DNA of 28,445 bases from Candidatus Multivoradales bacterium (lineage in GTDB: Bacteria > Acidobacteriota > Thermoanaerobaculia > Multivoradales > JAHEKO01), in NCBI GenBank assembly GCA_965248055.1, contig CBDFIJ010000003.1:1-28445 (forward strand). Reading direction: 5' to 3'. The translations under genes were made by a program, and so were the position numbers. The notes beneath the pieces were generated by a model that was not told the origin of the DNA, did no database searches, and was given only the letters and a program-made list of their open reading frames with translations. Numbering within the stretch: position 1 is the stretch's first letter; each line of letters opens with the position of its first letter. Of the stretch, positions 11,801-21,976 are shown one piece after another.

Positions 11801-12001
11801 CGTGAGCGTGATGTTAGCGTGGGTGACATCGTTCACATCATGGAAGAAGCACCACGAAACCACTGGGCTGTCGGTCGCGTTGTAGAGATTTTCCCAGGCA
11901 AGGATGGGCTAGTTAGGTCAGTTAGGGTGCAAACCAAATCATCGACCCTTGTTAGGCCAATTCACAAGCTGTGTCTTTTGGAATCAGTGAATCATAGATA
12001 G
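8831..12001 (+). CDS. pol: BEL/Pao pol: reverse transcriptase, RNase H, integrase
   Basis: RT: YLPHHPV, ADIEAMFHQV, FYVDD. RNase H: HHFADAS, TIPRLEL, WTDS, NPADDVSRG. IN: H..GH..CFKC, VDCFGP, SDNGTNF, WERQI, C-terminal FWQRWRKEYL. Frame open from 8831 (first ATG 8891). Confidence 0.93.
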   Translation, partial: GCLGRRLSQSDGLLQKYTDGMADLLKKGYAEEVNELDSKKECEWYLPHHPVFHPQKPGKVRIVFNCASAWKGLSLNDVVNQGPDLTNKLIGVLLRFRTAPVALMADIEAMFHQVRVPAPDRDVLRFLWWPTGDLKEDPCVYRMCVHLFGGTWSPSCCSYALRRTAEDNKGEFSPEAVKAVTRNFYVDDCLISTKDEEDAIRLAQELKSLLEKGGFNLIKWTSNNRKVVEAIPVEDRSKQVKDLDLSKEALPVERALGIKWDVQEDRLEYKTLIKEKPLTRRGLLSIVSSIYDPLGYLSPFILRAKLLMQKLATKKLGWDDPIPDVGLQLWQQWVKQLPEVENFKVPRCVVPAGYGAKTEHQLHHFADASEDAYGAVTYLVVRNSKGQVCSSLVFAKSRLAPVKKTTIPRLELMAATVAVKSDVLVRRELDLPLKDSVFWTDSMIVLAYIKNEDKRFHTFIANRLSMIHSASDVKQWHHVNTKENPADDVSRGMSARDLVASERWLHGPKFILLTEEQQSQDPEADDILLDDDPEVKTVKAYAAETDVDVPIAATDELLSYFSDWYKLKKAVARILQFREYLLCKVRKEVFDCKVLLTVDDMREAEQAILKYVQRLAYPAEYQAIEEKPALNGKQRASKLKKSSPLYKLDPMMSRTGLLCVGGRLRNAELSDEMKHPIILPPKHHVVTLLVRHVHDMVGHSGREHVLSMLRQRFWLIRGRSTVRQVKRDCFKCKRLSSPTLGQKMADLPSDRVAFDKPPFTNVGVDCFGPYLVKQGRSQVKRYGCIFTCLCVRAVHIEILHSMDTDSFLNALHRFMARRGRPELIRSDNGTNFVGAERELREGLSRWNQQRIHDHLLQKGIEWRFNPPAASHMGGCWERQIRTTKKVLGALMRQQVLSDENLSTLMCKVESIINGRPLTVVSDDAVDPEPLTPNHLLLLRGNGTGPPDLFEARNVYSRRRWRQVQYLSDIFWQRWRKEYLPTLQARQRWNERERDVSVGDIVHIMEEAPRNHWAVGRVVEIFPGKDGLVRSVRVQTKSSTLVRPIHKLCLLESVNHR

Positions 12002-12753
12002 GTATATTCTATCCCCAGATAGGTACAAGTTTTACCCCTGTGTTTGTTTCTTAGAGCACTCTATTTGACAGAACTGAACTTCGATAGAGAGACATTTCAA
12101 GATGAATAGACATTTTGACAAATGAACAGAGAAATCAAAGTACAGTTTACACCATGGACTGTTATTTGAAAGGACTAATAATTCTGCATAGAGTGGACTC
12201 ATTTATTACTCTGAAAAAGGACATTTCAAGTATTCACCTGTATAGCAGACTAGTGGACTGGTTGCTTAGCAACAGGAGCCTTATCGGACTCTTTTTCGTA
12301 CAGACAACACATCAATATCAAATTTATGTATCAATGTGCATGTATATTGTTGTGATGTTTGTTTTATATACATGTATTAACATTATTCAACAGGTTGTTT
12401 TCAAGATAGAAATCACTATTTTATCATGCAATTGCATTTTGTGCAGAGATTTACTTTCTAAAGAGGGAGATTATTTAAAAGGAGATGAGAATTTATCAAT
12501 ATTGATGTTTTCTGACATTGCAAGAAATTGCTAAACTATGGGATTCTTAGGAGTAAAATATTTGAGAATATGGAATTTTCTTTAGATCTGTGTTGTCTTC
12601 CAGTATATACACATTTACTGCAAACAAATTAACATATTGATAATGTGTTTCAGGTACAAGTAAAGACAGTTATGTGTAACAGAGCATTTAAATTGTCAAA
12701 ATATTTTCTTTTTGATATATGATGTTATAAATGATTGCTTTTAGCTCACATTT

Positions 12754-12765
12754 AAGGGGCCGGTA
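12754..12765 (+). promoter_or_regulatory. Polypurine tract
   Basis: AAGGGGCCGGTA immediately 5' of the 3' LTR. Confidence 0.7.
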
Positions 12766-13085
12766 TGTTACTGACAGGAAGTTTTCTCCTGTGTTTGATA
12801 AAATCATGTAACGATAAGTCGGGAAATGCTGACGTCATAGACGAGGCTTTTTGGGGAATTGACATGTATTTGACTATTGAGGGCGTTTCTTCGCATGCCA
12901 CTGATTTTCCTTGTTTGGAACGGTCGGACGACCGTGAGGTTGTGATGATAAATTAATTCTTTTTGATGAGCCCAACGTTATTGAACCGTGCTGATACGTG
13001 CTGAAGTATCTTGTCAGCGTGGTCTCATACTGGGTTTAGAACTTTGTGTCCTGCTTGATTATTTATCGTCACAGTGTCCCCAACA
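12766..13085 (+). repeat. 3' LTR
   Basis: 320-bp copy of 6091-6410 followed by TSD CTAAC. Confidence 0.97.
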
Positions 13086-13213
13086 CTAACAGTTATAGAG
13101 TTTGTGTGTATTCTTAGATGCATAGGCTCATGCACTTTATGACAAAAGTAATTATAACATTAGGAACACTTAAAAGATTTCTGTCCTATATGTGTTCTAA
13201 GGTGGCTAGTAAC

Positions 13214-14334
13214 CAAGGCTCAAAATACATGAGGGCGGTGGGCGATTCGCCCCCGTGAGCTACATAATGGCCTCCGTCAGGTTGCTTACGGGGGCGATTG
13301 CAAAATTAAAAATCGCCCCCATTGAATTATAAAATAAAGATTATCTTTTCTGTTATACCTTTAACACAATATTGAGTTTCGATTTTAAAACCTTAAACCA
13401 ATATAATGGAACTTAGATTAGCGTGCAAGATTTCTCGCTCGAATTTGTCGGTGTCTAGAGAGTAAAGAAATGTACTTTTATTCGCCGGAAGATGACGCTA
13501 TATCTCCCATCTCTATGAGTATTACCGATACAAACAACCGAAACTCGCAGTGCAGTGCTGCCGTCAGCAGTGGCTATACTGCGCCGTTGGTGTGCACGCT
13601 GCCGCCCCATATCTCCTGGAGCTGGAGGTGATCGCGCAAGGGCTGAAACATTGTCATGGAGAGGTTTTTTGTTGTGTATCCTCTGAAATCTGGTAATTCC
13701 AAAAGATCAGCAAATAATGAACCTCGACCAGTAAATCAATATTGAGAAGAGGAAGACCAAAGATGTTGTGGAAGGATATGGTAACAGGAGAAGATCTACG
13801 GGGGGGGGGGGGGGGGGAGCTTAAATGGGCTGCTAAGTGAAAAATGTGATGTACATAGATTAAACGCCACAGTATTACCGGTAGTAGATGTTAGTAGGAA
13901 ATGCCAGGAAAACCATCACTTACGGGGGTTCAAACGAGCAACGACCAAACAAAAATTGCCTCGCCGTTATGGGTACACGATGCTTCCCAATGTCATTGGG
14001 TCAACCCCCCACCCCCCCTTCTTTGGAAAAAGCTAAATCCACCCCTTGGTAAAGACTTATAGTAAAGAAAGAATGTGAATATAAAGGTTGCTCCAAATAA
14101 TGAGGAAATAATGTGCAGAACTGGAAGACTGTCATCACGGGATGAAGTCAGTAACAGCTATGTAACTTGTAAATTTGTAAGAGGGAAAATGCTGACCTAA
14201 ATAAATGATAATGATGAAATAGCATAGAATTGAGGAGTATCATGGGTACCAATTAAATGGAAATTTGTATAAAAAAAAGAGCCACCATCAGTACTAAAGG
14301 AGCCCCCGTGGACAAAAAGTTAATTTGAGCCCTG
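13214..14334 (+). mobile_element. Non-autonomous hAT-like element (copy 1)
   Basis: TIR CAAGGCTCAAA / TTTGAGCCCTG. 8-bp TSD CTAGTAAC (13206-13213, 14335-14342). Subterminal GCCCCCGT motifs. Homologous to 24389-25592. Confidence 0.88.
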
Positions 14335-15394
14335 CTAGTAACATCCCTTTTATAAGAAAATCGACGTTTAAAAGGTTTTTATCTAGTATGTGTCCTAATA
14401 TGATAGGTAAGATGACCTCGATGAAAAAAACCTGTATCACAATGGGAACATTTAAAGGGTTTCTCTCATGGAAGATACACGTTAACTATTTGTGCAAACT
14501 GACTTCTAGAAACACAGGTATTTTAAATAAACTAAAACACGAGCTCCCAACCCACATTTTGTTATCTCTGTATAACAGCTTAATTTTACCTTACCTTAAC
14601 TACGGTATTCTCGCCTAGGGGAAACGGGACCAAAGCCCAACTTGATAAACTTCTCATTATTCAAAAGCGGGCAATAAGAAACATAAATCATTCGGGATTC
14701 CTTTCCCATACTAGTCAACTGTTTTTTAACAACAAAGTTCTCTGAATTGTTGATGTGTATGTGTACAGCGTAGGAGTGTTTATATATCAATTAACTGTAA
14801 ATGAGTTACCTGCTGTAATTGGTGCACTCTTCGTACAAAATAATAGTGCATGCTTTGTTTGTTGTTAATGTCTGTCCGACCTAGCTAGAAGCGACAAGTT
14901 ATGCACTTCGCGCTCCTGCTGTTGAGTTTCAGTGCATTACGGCAGGTGGATATGGCGGCATGTCATCGGGCAAACATATTTAGCTTTACATAAATGTGTA
15001 TCAAAAAATATGTTCTATTCATATTTGTTCCATCATACCAAAATGCTGGCATCATTGACAACCAGTCTGTTCGCTAGTGCGGCTACATTTAAATTTTCTA
15101 CAACATCGTACTTTACCGGCACACAGCCAGCGACACTCTCTGTCACATGATGCCAACATTTTGGTATGCTCCTTTGAGAATTGCCATTTGCGCACGGGTA
15201 GTGAAAATGTAATACAAATATTGCTAAGTATATGAACTTGTTTATTTTTTCTTCATAATAAGTTTCAATTTAATTCAATTACGTTATTTAATGAACACAA
15301 GACTATATCATTGTTATCACTTCCGGAGCCTATGACCTACAAGCATTGCCTTCTCTTTAGGCTCCATCATATTTCTTCCTTTTTACAACTTGTC

Positions 15395-16812
15395 TTATTA
15401 GGTGGTCTGTCGTTTTCGACAGATCACCTATTGTTTTCGTCAGAATTTTCTTTATTTATTATTCTATATTTTTATTTCTTCCCATTTTTTGTGCCCCGGA
15501 TAACTCAAGTTTGGTTTAGTTAATTTCATTAAATTTTGGGACAATTATAGGTCATTGTCATGAGACGTAACAGGAACATTTTCAAGGTCATTAGGTTATC
15601 GTGACGTCATCCAGGCGCCATTTTGTGAAATCACGTTATCCATCATATCTTCATGATGCATAAGCAAAGGTCATTCATATTCATATCACATATACATTAG
15701 GTCAAGGGTCAACAGGTCATGTCATCAAAGGTCACATAAAGGTCATGACGCTCAAAATCACCTAACTATTAAACGAGAGTACGAATCAGGTCATTTTAAG
15801 CATCTCAAAATTTTCCGTCCGTACGTGTCCCCGCGCGCGTTTGCGCGCGCTCACAGCGCGCGGAAAAGGTCCAATTCAAATTTTTTACATGATTTAGATT
15901 CCTCTTACCGTAAATGACAATTTACATTAATTTCAGGCACCCTTGACCTTTCATAAGGCCGTGAGCGCGCGTCAAAGTTCAAAATCCGCGCGTGCTGCTA
16001 TGGGCAATATAAAGCAAATTTGATCAAAAACATGCCATTTTAAAAATCAAAATGGCTCTTCAGATAGTCCATTGACCGCAACTTTTATATCATGGTTAGA
16101 AAAAGCATGAGTTGGAGATATGATTTCATGTCTCATTTGACCCTCAATTAACTCATGACGTCATCATAATGGCCTCCGAACTCAAAATATCAATTTGCAT
16201 ATTGTGACGTCAGCAGATTTTTTGAAAATTGATTGTATCTCTGTAAATATTAATCAATTTTCTTTCAAATTTTGATACGTTCTACCTTAGAGTATTCTCT
16301 ACAAATGCAGTAACCACAATAATTCATTTTGACAATGGTATCATGGCGTATTTTTGCGATTAAAGGAGGCATGTCAATTTTTCACATTTTGCGTGTATTC
16401 TCTATGGGACATGACTTTTTCTCAAAACTGGATTCTACATTCTCGTCTTTCGCGAGCAATATCTCTGTCGTTTTATCTTTGTTTACAATGAGCTTTGAGT
16501 ATGTTGTAGCTGAGACAATAAGCTATCACAAATGTACCCTATATTTTTTGATCAGATGCCGGGATCATGCTCATATTTCACTTACAAAGTGGGATTTAAG
16601 AATTCCGTTTTCCGTTTACGTGTAATCTCTATGGGAAATTTTTTGGTATATCGGTAACGCACTTGACTTTCGACCTCGAGGTCCATGGGTCGAGTCCGGG
16701 CGTCTCCAACAATTTTTTTTCTTCAATTTTTTTTACTTTTTGACTTGTCAATGATCATGAAAATTGAAGACAGACCACCTAATTCGTCCCCATGACAAAT
16801 TAAATTTCGAGT
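15395..16812 (+). mobile_element. Helentron-associated non-autonomous element (HINE / DINE-1-like)
   Basis: 5' subTIR TAGGTGGTCTGTC (15399-15411) with adjacent inverted copy (15418-15430) and T-rich low-complexity tract. 3' subTIR GACAGACCACCTAA (16769-16782) followed by hairpin AATTCGTC/GACAAATT. No TSD. Confidence 0.7.
16644..16708 (+). other. tRNA-derived (Pol III box A/B) segment inside the HINE
   Basis: A-box-like TGGTATATCGG, anticodon-like stem CTTGA/TCGAG, B-box-like GGGTCGAGTCC, ends CTCCA then a T-run. 5' acceptor strand missing. Confidence 0.5.
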
Positions 16813-16952
16813 GTATTATTCTTTTTGTTTGTATAAATCCATCCATAAATGAATACAAAAATGTAACGTGCCAAATGTAATGATGTATTATACAACATGT
16901 GAAATATGAAAATAAACTGAAACTGAACTGAACTGAACTGTATGTGTTCTAA

Positions 16953-17704
16953 AGTGACTCTCACACTCTGCCGTGTAGGCCTACCGTGTGCCACCGTGCG
17001 CGAAAATGTCTGCGGACGGTGGAGAACGGCGAGGGCACACGGTGGTTCGTTATCGAAGCGGGCAACACGTTAATAGGGCGTTGGCGCTTATTTACACCCG
17101 GTGGGACCCGGCGAAAGTTTTGGGCATGTTTAAAACTTTGGCCGGCTGGCACCGGCCGCAAGTAAGCGGCAAGAGAACGATGTTGAACGGTATGAGGACG
17201 GTATGAATACATTATGAAAACGGTCACACTGTATGCACACGTTCACAACACGCTCATAACCCGTTTCAGAACGGTGATGAAAAATGGAGAGCGGACTGAC
17301 CGTTGCCGTTCAAATCGGGGTATTTATGGCAGTCGTGTCATGACGTCAGCAGTCCGGGGACTCGCTCACAGGATGCTCCGAGCGGTGAGGGGACGCTAAG
17401 TGACTGGTAGGTGGCTGCTACAAACCCGGTGCACACGTTCGAGACCCGGTATGGGCCCGGTATGGAAACGGCCAAAATTTTCAACAAAAGTCACTCTGGG
17501 CGGTGAAGACGGTAGAAGCACGTTCAACACCCGGTATGCGCCCGGTGAGAACGGTCAGAAGATGGCAACGAAACGGTGAAAAGATTAATTTTATGAATTT
17601 TTTTTTTGCGGCCGGGGACAAGTTCGCTCAAAACCCAACGTTCTGTTTTTTTAATAGCCTGGCAGGTGGACTGTAGGCCTACACGGCAGAGTGTGAGAGC
17701 TCCA
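16953..17704. mobile_element. Non-autonomous PIF/Harbinger-like element
   Basis: Perfect 27-bp inverted repeat CTCTCACACTCTGCCGTGTAGGCCTAC (16958-16984 / 17673-17699). TAA (16950-16952) / TTA (17705-17707) flanks. Removal restores TEFTIHLRTH. Confidence 0.78.
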
Positions 17705-18014
17705 TTAGATGGATAGTAAACTCAGTCTTTCAGCAAAATCCTTTATCACAATAGGGACACTAATAAGGCTAGTCTCCTGTATGCGTCCTTACATGACGGG
17801 TAAGATTACTTTGGTGAGAAAAATCCTTATCACAATGGGAACATTTAAAGGGTTTCTCTCCAGTATGTGTTCTAAGGTGGCTAATAAGCTCATTCTTTTG
17901 AGAAAATGTCACATCACACTGGGAACATTTATAAGGCTTTTCACCACTGTGTGTTCTTAAATAGCAGGTCAGGTAATATCTACGACAAAATGTCCTATCA
18001 CACTGGGAACATTT

Positions 18015-18880
18015 TTAAGGCTTTTCACCACTGTGTGTTCTTAAATGACAGGTCAGGGAATATCTATGAGAAAATGCCTTATCACACTGGGAACATTTAT
18101 AAGGCTTTTCACCACTGTGTGTTCTTAAATGACAGGTCAGGGAATATCTACGAGAAAATGCCATATCACAATAGGGACATCGATAAGGCTTGTCTCCTGT
18201 ATGAATCCTTACATGATAGGTAAGATTACTTTTGAGAGAAAATCCCTTATCACAATGGGAACATTTAAAGGGTTTCTCTCCTGTATGTGTTTTAAGGTGG
18301 CTAGTAAGCATATTCTTTCGGCAAAATTCTTTATCACAATACGGACATCTATAAGGCTTGTCTCCTGTATGTGTCCTTACATGACCGGTAAGATTATTTT
18401 GGTGAGAAAAAGCCTTATCACAATGGGAACATGTATAAGGCTTTTCTCCACTGTGTGTTCTTAAATGGCCTCTAAGGGCACTTTGGTGAGAAAAACCCTT
18501 CTCACAATGGGAACATTTAAAGGGTTTCTCTCCTGTATGTATTCTAAGGTGGCAGGTAAGACTATTCTTTTGAGAAAATGTCTTATCACACTGAGAACAT
18601 TTAAAAGGCTTTTCTCCACTGTGTGTTTTTAAATGGCTAAGAAGTGTTCTTCTTTGAGAAAAACCCTTATCACACTGGGAACACTTGAAAGGTTTCTCTC
18701 CTGTTTGTGTTGTAATGTGGTGAGTATGCTCATACTCGCCCTGGTGTGTTTTCTGATGTAGTATAAGAGCGCTCTCATCTGTAAATGCCTTACTGCAATG
18801 TAAACAAAGTTGGGACTTCTCTCCACTGCATGCTGTTATATGTGGGTGTATCTTGTCCTGTCCACTGTCCAACTCTTTAT
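18015..18880 (-). CDS. C2H2 zinc-finger array, terminal coding exon B (9 fingers)
   Basis: ORF 18015..18872. Phase-1 acceptor ttttcctccccAG at 18881-18893. Ends at TAA (TAT->TAA) after SGEKP. Paralogous to exon A including about 150 bp of intron. Confidence 0.82.
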
Positions 18881-19935
18881 CTGGGGAGGAAAATATACAA
18901 TATTCCTATTATCCAACTATTTACTTCATGAAGTTAATCAACTAAATGCTCAGTTTTATAAGCAAATACACTTTTTGATTCATTCACAAAATCTTACATC
19001 TATTCAAAAGGTTATATTAATATCTAATTTATGAGTGTTGGTCATTTACCATTTTCTCTTTTTGTTAGTAGTTAATCATGGACCGACGACAAATGGACTT
19101 TTGACGGCGAGAGTAGTAAAACTAATGATAGCTACCACCTGTTCTAAAGTCTTACTTTCCTCTTTGTTTAAGGTATGTTTTGATAAGCTCCGATAAGGGG
19201 CCTTTGGTCCTATGAGATCCACCACAATTTTGTTTGTCGCCCTCTATCACCAAAAGTGACTTCACACTGATCAATGCTTCCCACAGTTTGCATTTTTCAT
19301 TTCATGAATGAATCATGACATGCCCATGCGCAGATAAAACTAAATTAGGGTTCCCCGGATGTAAATGTGCAATTAATGTCATCTTCATGTAGCCAATCTG
19401 TAAAAAAAAACTGTTGAAATCAGCGATTTCTTCGATTTTTTTACAACTTTTTGTTTGTGTGCAGCATAGGCCTACTACACGTATATAAGCAAGGAAAGTG
19501 ACCTCAAGAGCTTACAAAATACAGTTTTAAAAGTGCTTTCCCCCCTCCTGTTTCTGTTGACTTTTCTTTGAAACCAACGACATTGTGATGATAAAAAATC
19601 CCTCGTTTGTGGATTAAAATCTTTTGTTGGTTGTTGCGTTTGCTTGCGTTTTTGTTATAGACATTGAAAGAATTTGTTATCTTTTTATTTCGTAAAACTA
19701 GCAGATGAAGTCCCATTGATAGACATTGGGTACATGCTATTTTTAATATACAGTTTGGTTGTGGTAATATGAGAGTGAGACTGCTTTTTTATCTTCCCTC
19801 AGATTTTATCTTATTTTATCTTGAGGTACTTCATATGTGTACTGGGTTATTTGAGAATCTAAGATTGGTGATAAATAACCTTGTCTGTAAATTTGGGAAT
19901 TGACAAACATTGCAAAATATTCAACATATGGGATT

Positions 19936-21128
19936 TACATGATGGGTAAGATTACTTTGGTGAGAAAAATCCTTATCACAATGGGAACATCTATGAGGCT
20001 TCTAACCACTGTGCGTTCTTAAAGGTAAAGACCAGTTATGGTCATGCGATTGCATTGTGAAAGAAACGTTGTGGAATCGATCAGAAAAGGTTGATCATCT
20101 AGCATCTAGCATCTGCAAGGTTCTGGAATCATCAAAATGATAAGAAATTTGGCCCATTCTTTGTAAAGTTACAAGCACTATACACAATCGATGTATATGG
20201 GACTACCCTATATCTCTCACAGTCCATGAGAGAAACAAATTTACCAAATATATGAATTAGTAGGCGGTTTCCCGGCAAATTTTTTATCATCATGTATTAG
20301 TCAAAACATATTCTTTCACATGATTGGTAATGAGAGCTTCCATTTCATTTTTGAAATTGGGGCTTTTCCAATACTGGTCTTTACCTTTAAATGGCTCATA
20401 AGGGTACTTCTTCGAGAAAAACTTGTATCACAATCGGAACATCAATAAGGCTTTTCTCCACTTTGTGTTTTAAGGTGGCTAGTAAGCATATTCTTTATCA
20501 CAAATAGGAACACAGATGAGGCTTTTCTCCACTGTGTGTTCTTGAATGTCTAATAAATTTTTTTTTTTGAGAAAAACCCTTATCACACTGGGAACATTGT
20601 TAAGGCTTTTCTCCACTGTGCATTCTTAAATAGATAGTAAGATTACTTTGGCAAGTAAAAACCTTATCGCAATGAGAATATTTATGAAGCTTTTTACCAC
20701 TGTGTGTTCTTAAATGGCTTAGAAGGCTACTTCTTTGAGAAACCTGTATCACAATGGGAAAACTTAAAAGGGTTTCTCTCCTCTATGTGTTCTAAGGTGA
20801 ATAGTAAGCTTATTCTTTAGAGAAAAACCTTTATCACACTGGGAACATTGATAAGGCTTTTCTCCACTGTGCATTCTTAAATAGATAGTAAGATTACTTT
20901 GGCAAGTAAAATCTTTATCACAATGGGAACATCTATCAGGCTTTTTACCACTGTGTGTTCTTAAATAGCCTCTAAAGTTACTTCTTTGAGAAAAACCTGT
21001 ATCACAATGGGAACACTGATAAGGCTTTTCTCCTGTAAGCGTCCTTACATGACGGGTAAGATCACTTTGGTGAGAAAAATCCTTATCAAAATGGGAACAT
21101 CTATAAGGCTTTTCACCACTGTGTGTTC
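19936..21128 (-). pseudogene. Decayed 3' part of ZNF array C
   Basis: 84-bp ZNF periodicity with many indels and lost Zn ligands, downstream of a 7-nt deletion at about 21158. Confidence 0.8.
20023..20386. mobile_element. TTAA-specific non-autonomous DNA transposon (Kolobok-like, different family from 5390-5773)
   Basis: Perfect 14-bp TIR AGGTAAAGACCAGT. TTAA TSD at 20019-20022 and 20387-20390. Confidence 0.85.
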
Positions 21129-21535
21129 TTAAATGGCCCCTAAGGGTACTTCTTTGAGTGTATCACAATGAAAACATCGATAAGGCTTTTTACCACTGTG
21201 TGTTCTTAAATGGCCCTTAAGGGTACTTCTTTGAGAAAAACCTGTATCACAATGGCAACACCTAAGGGGTTTCTCTCCTGTATGTGTTTTAAGGTGGATA
21301 GTAACCTTAGACTTTTCAGAAAATCCTTTATCACAATAGACACATCGATAAGGCTTTTCTCCACTGTGCATTCTTGAATGGGTAGTAAGGTCACAATGGG
21401 AACATTTATCAGGATTTTCACCACATTTCTCATCAGTACATGTCTTACTGCAATGTAAACACAGATGGGACTTCTCTCCACTGCATACTGTTATATGTGG
21501 TTGTATCTTTTCATGTCCATTGTCCAACTCTTTAT
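21129..21535 (-). CDS. C2H2 zinc-finger array, terminal exon C (2 intact fingers, 2 deleted fingers, then frameshift); possibly non-functional
   Basis: DKELDNG...YRCVYC..HLKTH, LRCCHC..HLRTH, YRCFHCDT|frameshift. In-frame acceptor AG at 21536-21537. Confidence 0.55.
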
Positions 21536-21617
21536 CTGGATTCTGGGGAGGAAAATATACAGTAATCCTAATATCCAACTATTTACTTAATCCTGGACTA
21601 AGCTCATGCGTTTTCCT

Positions 21618-21816
21618 AACGGTTTTCATAACACTAAAGTCTATTGGGGAAAACAAGTATGGTAAAACTGGTCACTCAAAGATTTTTACTTTTTTGAGGC
21701 GCTTCTTGGTCATTTTGAAAAGCTATTTTTTTAGGGCTTTAATATTACACCATATCACAGACACTGATAACACGAAGGGCCATGCATCTCAGATTTAACA
21801 TTGTTAAACGATGCCT
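21618..21816 (-). mobile_element. Truncated copy of the Kolobok-like element at 5390-5773
   Basis: Reverse-complement match to about 5390-5596. Terminus ...ATGCCT then TTAA (21817-21820). Confidence 0.8.
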
Positions 21817-21871
21817 TTAATATCAGGATGGACTTCCTCTTTAAGGATATGATTTGCCTTGTTGATCATAC

Positions 21872-21976
21872 CTTCAGGAATTGATTGCTCAGTTTCTCCT
21901 CCTCCTTCACCTTGAGTTGTAATAGGTTCAAATATCTCTTCCTCATCTTCTTGCTTTACGGTGGCATAGATCATTT
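21872..21976 (-). CDS. ZNF gene coding exon 4 (105 nt, phase 1-1): (E)MIYATVKQEDEEEIFEPITTQGEGGGETEQSIPE
   Basis: Acceptor tttcttatAG, donor AAG|GTATGA, open frame, VKQE motif. Confidence 0.75.

Larger units (their letters stand above)
6091..13085 (+). mobile_element. Full-length BEL/Pao LTR retrotransposon, recent insertion
   Basis: Two 320-bp TG...CA LTRs, 5-bp TSD CTAAC (6086-6090, 13086-13090), gag-PR-RT-RH-IN order, three gag Cys/His knuckles, PPT before the 3' LTR. Confidence 0.97.
14468..16937 (+). mobile_element. 5'-truncated L2/CR1-group LINE with nested insertions
   Basis: 14468-14846 encodes (L)SWKIHVNYLCKLTSRNTGILNKLK...LYNSLILPYLNYG...LLIIQKRAIR...HTSQLF with stops/frameshift (RT C-terminal region). 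3' UTR stem-loop GGAGCCTA/TAGGCTCC at 15325-15365. AATAAA + (AACTG)n tail to about 16940. ZNF sequence resumes in register. Confidence 0.75.
4027..18014 (-). pseudogene. Decayed 3' part of ZNF array B, broken into pieces (about 4027-4056, 5315-5389, 5774-6090, 13086-13213, 14335-14467, 16938-16952, 17705-18014) by six TE insertions
   Basis: ZNF-periodic sequence resumes in register on both sides of most insertions when the TSD is removed, e.g. GGTTTCTCTC(14467)|(16938)CTGTATGTGTTC and GTGTGTTC-TTAA-ATGGCT. Continuity of the leftmost pieces is less certain. Confidence 0.7.

Noticed and set aside
6678-11885. Short ORFs antisense or out of frame to gag/pol
   Set aside because: By-products of the long retrotransposon ORFs.
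12115-12534. env-like ORF in the BEL 3' region
   Set aside because: TTG start, only 139 aa, AT-rich; the hydrophobic stretch is explained by T-richness; no signal peptide or fusion-protein motifs.
21536-21871. Continuous reading from exon 4 into array C without splicing (ORF-track start 21578)
   Set aside because: Joining across the Kolobok-like fragment gives an immediate stop (ATT AAG TAA); a good donor at 21871 and an acceptor conserved in A and B explain the structure better.
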